A stretch of 64,000 nucleotides of DNA from the human T2T-CHM13v2.0 reference genome, Homo sapiens, in NCBI RefSeq assembly GCF_009914755.1, contig NC_060926.1. The stretch is one strand, 5' to 3'. The notes below the pieces were generated by a model. The model was not told the origin of the DNA and made no database searches. It saw nothing but the letters and a program-made list of their open reading frames with translations. Position 1 is the first letter of the stretch. Every line of letters begins with the position of its first letter. This document shows positions 58,081 to 64,000 of the stretch, one piece after another. Both the position numbers and the translations under genes were made by a program.

Positions 58081-60920
58081 TGTCTTAGCCAAAACGCAGA
58101 GCCTGAGACAAGGGTTTGCATTTGCATGCAGGTCATTTATTGGAGAAGTGACCCAAGGAACAAGGGCGAGGGACTGAAAAGAGTAAAGCAGAGAAGGAAG
58201 GAAGGCCACTACAAGGGTGCTTTATTGAACTGGCCACCACCATGGTAACTGGGGCTTAGTCTCCCTGGGACCTTCCAAGGAGCTGTGTGTAATGCACCTC
58301 AAAATTGTCTGCCTGTGGGAAGGAATACAGAAGCACTGATTTATTCCCTAACTTCTGTCTCCCATTGGTCAAGGATTGCCACATAAGGTATTCATTTCCT
58401 CTTACTTCTATAGATTGTGCATGAGTGAGTGAGTGCCAGACTGGTTTAGCAGTCATCTTACAGAGCAGCTTCAGAGAGGTCTCCACGCAGAAGGTGAGAC
58501 ATGAAGTGCTACCAAGGGAAGGTGCTGGAAAGCCACACCGGTATGACGCTGGTCACTGCAGCAGTGGCCATAGTAGAAGGTGAGTTGAAGAAGTGTAAGT
58601 TATGAGGCATGAGAGGTGTTCAATACAATCAATTACAAGGTCTTTACTGGGGGAGGTCAGTGGAAATTTCTATGAGAGACACTACGGGAGAGTTATTGGA
58701 ACAAGCTACAGTCGTCCTGCTGCAACTGGACTCAATACCACAGTGGATGTGCATCATTTCTTTAACCTGCACACATTTGACTCCCCTCACTCTCAGCCAG
58801 ACTTTTACCCTTCATCCCTGCTGAGTTGGAGCTTTGGTTCCCTTGGCCACAGTTAGGCAGTTGTGGTTACTGCCATGGCCCATTTACAGTTTCCTCTTGG
58901 CATGAAGCACCAGTGTCCTCTCATTCCAGACATGTTATTTTCTTAACCCTGCTGGGGAGTAGAAACCCAACTTCTCATAGTAATTAGGCTCAATTATCCC
59001 CACCAATATTGTTTTTTATGGTCCACTGGCTCAAGGGATCTAAGATGACTAGGCAGTAGCTGTAACTTCAAGTTCAACAGAACCCACCTGGTACAAGCAT
59101 GCCTCCACCTTTTAGAGAGCCTCCAATCCAATAGAGCCTAGGGTTTCAGTGTGGAAAATATTAATTCCTCCAGTGGGTCACTGGGAATAATGGTGAGAGT
59201 GGCTACTCCTTCTTTCATGCCTTGGTTCCAGGATCCATGTACTCTAGCTACAGGGGACGCAGACCATATAAGGGCCATTGGCTCAATGCATATATTAATA
59301 ACAATCCTGAAAGCTACACGCCAAACCCACAAGGTGCTGTCCCCAAGATAATACCTTAAAAGAGTCTCGCATAGGTCCTTCCATCCTTGTATTGGGCTGC
59401 CAACTTCCAGATGATGTGCTAAATGGTAGAACCAGAGATTCCTATAGCCACGTATGCAGTAGCACACCTCTTTGCTATCAAATGGGTCTCTGACCGGAGG
59501 CAATGTTATGTAGGCTCTGTGCTGAAAAATCAGGCACTCTCTTGGCCCTTGGATGGCAATGCTGACAGCCAGGGATAAGAATCTCATATCCAGAGTAGGC
59601 ATTAATTCTGATAAGAACAAATTGCTGCTTCCACCAGGATTGAAGGGATCTGAAAAAAATCCACCTCCCACCAGGTAGTTGGCTGGTTTCCTAGAGCAAT
59701 ATTTTCACATCCAGAGCTTGGCTGTGGTCTCTTTGGCTAGAAGTCTGGGCATTTATCAGTGGCAGTGGCTAGATCAGCCTTGATGAAAAGAAGTTTGTGC
59801 TGCTGGGCCCAAGTGTGTAGCCTTGTTTCTGGCCACTGTGGCATTCAGGGGCTCATTGCACAAGCCCCGAGATGGCCAAGGAACAATGGGAGCTGATGTT
59901 CATATGAAGGGAACTCCTCTGTAGTAGAAGCCCTCTGGTGAGCATGAACATTACACTCAAATATCATTATATGCTGTGCCCACTCCCATAGGCCCTCCCA
60001 AATGCCTCATCTCCTAACTTCTTGACACATCTCTCAGTCTTGTTCCTCTCATGCCTGGACACCCAGAAAACCACTTACCACTGCCAGGAGTTGATGTGTA
60101 GCCATACTTAAGGCCATCTCTGCTTCCATACAAATTAAGAATCACCGTACTGCTTGCAGCTCTTCCCATAATGAGGAATTCTCTTCTTACTGTTCTACAG
60201 GGCACCCCTAAGTGGGGCTACAGTACAGAGGGGTCCATTTTCAGTTAGCACTGAAATATTGAGTTTATCCCTCAGCGAACTCCACACAGGCATCCTTATC
60301 CATTGTGGATACTTCTAGCACCATGTTAGGTCTTCTGACCTAAGTGGCAGCAAAGCCTACCCCAGAGCCTAGAACCGCTGCAGAGCCTTCCCAAAACTGA
60401 TGGGATTCTGAGTCACCCAATAAAATGGTTAGAGCAAAATTCCCAAATGCATTCAATGCAACCTCCCAAATTGAAAGAGCCACACCAAATACAGTGCCTC
60501 CCAGTAACAGGAGATGTAAGAAACAATACATTGTTCTTTACCTTGGAGGCACTGTTCCTCACAAGCCCTAGACCTTTCGGTCACTTCACTGATGCATTGG
60601 GTGCCAGAAGTTGTTACCAACTCACCACCACAAACAGAGTTCTTCCCACTGTTTGGACAGTGAATGAAGCAGTTCCACCATAACATCTTGAGGTTCTGCT
60701 TCCTATGGTCACTTCTGGAACCAAGTATATTAGCCTCGATTTTCCCCAGAAGTCAGAGCCTGAGACCAGGTCTTGCATGCGGGGAATTTATTTTGGGAAA
60801 TGATCATAGGGAACAAGAATGGAGAACTGGGAAGAGCAACCTAAGAAAGGAAGAAAAACTAACTCTTAAATTATTGAGCTCACCACCACAGTAGGTAACT
60901 AGGGCTAATCCTACTTGGGA
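58081..60920 (-). mobile_element. Deleted ERVL provirus: LTR16-like LTRs (about 58081-58630 and 60727-60920) flanking a pol/integrase remnant
   Basis: Both LTR pieces share cagagcctgagac...gcatgc..g..atttatt; ORF 59138-59671(-) has YHLAHHLEVG...SPVARVHGSWNQG...LTIIPSDPL, matching the ERVL integrase C-terminal region. Confidence 0.75.
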
Positions 60921-60924
60921 TACT

Positions 60925-61235
60925 ATATTCATTTCCTGGGGGTGCTGTAACGAATCACCACAAACTTAGTGGCTTAAAACAATAAAAACTTTTTCTCCCA
61001 CAATTCTGGAGGCTAGACAGCTGAAATCAAGGTGTCGGCAGGGCCACGGTCCCACTAAAGGATCTGGAAAGGAATCCTTCTCTGCCTCTTCCAGCTCCTG
61101 GTAGCTGTCAGCATTCCTTGGCTTCTGTCTGCATCTCTCTCTGCTCCATCTTCACATCAGCTTCTCTTCTCTGTGTCTTGTCTTCTCCTCTTCTATCTCA
61201 AATTTCCTCCTGCCTCTCTCTTGAAAAATACTTGT
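60925..61235 (-). mobile_element. MLT1-family LTR, partial
   Basis: gctgtaacgaatcaccacaaacttagtggcttaaaacaa...aatcaaggtgtcggcagggcc. Confidence 0.8.
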
Positions 61236-61239
61236 CAAC

Positions 61240-62245
<1,006 letters not shown>

Positions 62246-64000
62246 TGTACTTGTCCATTCTCACACTGCTATAAAGAACTACCTGAGACTGAGTAGTTTA
62301 CGAAGAAAAGAGGTTTAGTTGACTCACAGTTCCACAGGCTGTACAGGGGGCATAACTGACAAGGCCTCAGGAAATCTACAGTCATGGCAGAAGGGGAAGC
62401 AAGCACATGTTACCATGGTGGAGCAGGAGAGAGAGTGAGGGAAGGGGGGAGTGCTACATACTTTCAAACAACCAGTTCTCATGAGAAGTCACTATCACAA
62501 GAAGAGCAAGGGGCAAATCTACCCCGATGATCCAATTACTTCCTACCAGGTCCCTACCTCAACACTGGGGATTATAATTCAACATGAAATTTGGGTGGGG
62601 CCACAGAGCCAAACTACATCATTCCACCTTTGGCCCCTCCCAAATCTTGTGTCCTTCTCACATTTCAAACATAATCATGCCTTTTCAACAGTCCCCCAGT
62701 GTCTTAACTCATTCCTGCATTAACTCCAAAGTTCAAGTCCAAAGTCTCATTTGAGACAAGGCAAGTCCCTTCTGCCTATGAGCCTGTAAAGTCAAAAACA
62801 AATTAGTTACTTCTAAGATACAATGAGGGTAGAGGTATTGGGTAAATACAGGATGCAGGCATGGGCAAATACAGGATGCAGGCACTGGTAAATATTACCT
62901 TTCCAAAAGAGAGAAATCCACCTAAACAAAGGGTCTACAGGCCCCATGCAAATCTGAAACCCAGCAAGGCAGTCATTAAATCTTAAGGCTCCAAAATAAT
63001 CTCCTTTGACTCCATGTCTCACATCCAAGCCACACTGATGCAAGGGATGGGCTCCCAAGGACTTGGGCACTTCTGTGCCTGTGGCTCTGCAAGGTACAGC
63101 CCCCACAGCTTCTTTCACAGGCTGGTGTTGAGTGCCTGAGGCTTTTCCATGTGCATGGTGCAAGCTGTCAGTTGATCCACTCTTCTGGAGTCTGGAGGAT
63201 GGTGGCCCTCTTCTCACAGCTCTTTTAGGCAGTGTCCCAGTGAGTACTCGGTGTGGGGGCTCCAACCCTACATTTCCCCTCTGCACTGCACTAGTAGAGG
63301 TTCTCCATGAAGGCTCTACCCCTGCAGAAGACTTCTGCCTGGATATTTGGGTGTTTCCACACATTCCTTGAAATCTAGGTGGAGTCTCCAAAACCTCAAC
63401 TCTTGCCTTCTGTGCACCTGCAGGCCCAATACCATGTGGAAGTCACTGAGGATTGGGACTTACACCCTCTGAAGTAGCAGCCCAAGCTGTACCTTTGCCC
63501 CTTTTAGCCACAGCTGGAGCTGGAGCAGCTGGGACACAGGGTGCTATGTCCTGAGGCTGCACAGAGCAGTGGGGCCTTCAGCCTGGCCCACAAAACCATT
63601 TTTCCTCCCTGGGCCTCCAAGCCTGTGATGGGAGGAGCTGCTGTGAAGGTCTCTGAAATGCCCTGGAGGCATTTTCACCACTATCTTGGCTATTAACATT
63701 TGATTCTCCTTTACTTATGCAAATTTTTGCAGACTTGAATTCCTCCCCAGAAAATAGGTTTTTCTTTTCTGCCACATGGTCAGCTGCAAATTTTCCAAAC
63801 TTTTACTCTCTGCTTCCCTTGTAAATATAAGTTCTAGTTTCAGTTCATTTCTTTGCTTATGCAAATGAGAATAGGCTTTTAGAAGCAGCGAGACCACATC
63901 CTGAATGCTTTGCTGCTTAGAAATTTCTTCTGCCAGATACCCTAACTCACCTCTCTCAAGTTCAAAGTTCCACAGATCTCTAGAGCAGAGTCACAATACT
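62246..64000 (-). mobile_element. MSTA-like LTR (62246-62621) plus MST internal region (62622 to window end)
   Basis: ccattctcacactgctataaagaactacctgagactg...ccaaactacatca followed by MaLR-int aagtccaaagtctcat, ggctccaaaataatctcctttgactcc. Confidence 0.9.

Noticed and set aside
62813-63391. 192-aa ORF
   Set aside because: Lies within the MST internal region; typical MaLR-int translation, not a host gene.

Overview
Primate (human-like) genomic DNA: about 26 Alu copies, old L1 fragments, MaLR/ERV1/ERVL LTRs and hAT/Tigger DNA transposons. There is no intact protein-coding gene, RNA gene or CRISPR array. Main observation: hand translation of the unique sequence between the repeats gives frameshifted, stop-riddled fragments that repeatedly match extracellular cadherin (EC) repeat motifs in the expected order (PVGT, AxDxD, GxN, YSI, FxID-TG, LDRE/LDYE, AxDGG-P, DxNDxxP). 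These lie on the - strand at about 1.2-5.3 kb and on the + strand in blocks from about 7.3 to 56 kb. This points to a fossil of a very large, FAT/Dachsous-sized cadherin gene, inactivated long ago (a MER5A sits in an LDRE-like motif) and probably partly inverted afterwards. This is an eye-level motif match and needs profile and synteny confirmation. Other items: a perfect 6 x 50-bp VNTR built from a piece of the fossil, a short retroposed mRNA 3' end with TSDs, a triple-nested transposon, a GGAA/GGGA microsatellite, a weak CpG island and an ERVL integrase remnant. Repeat subfamily names are from recall of consensus sequences, and repeat boundaries are approximate.
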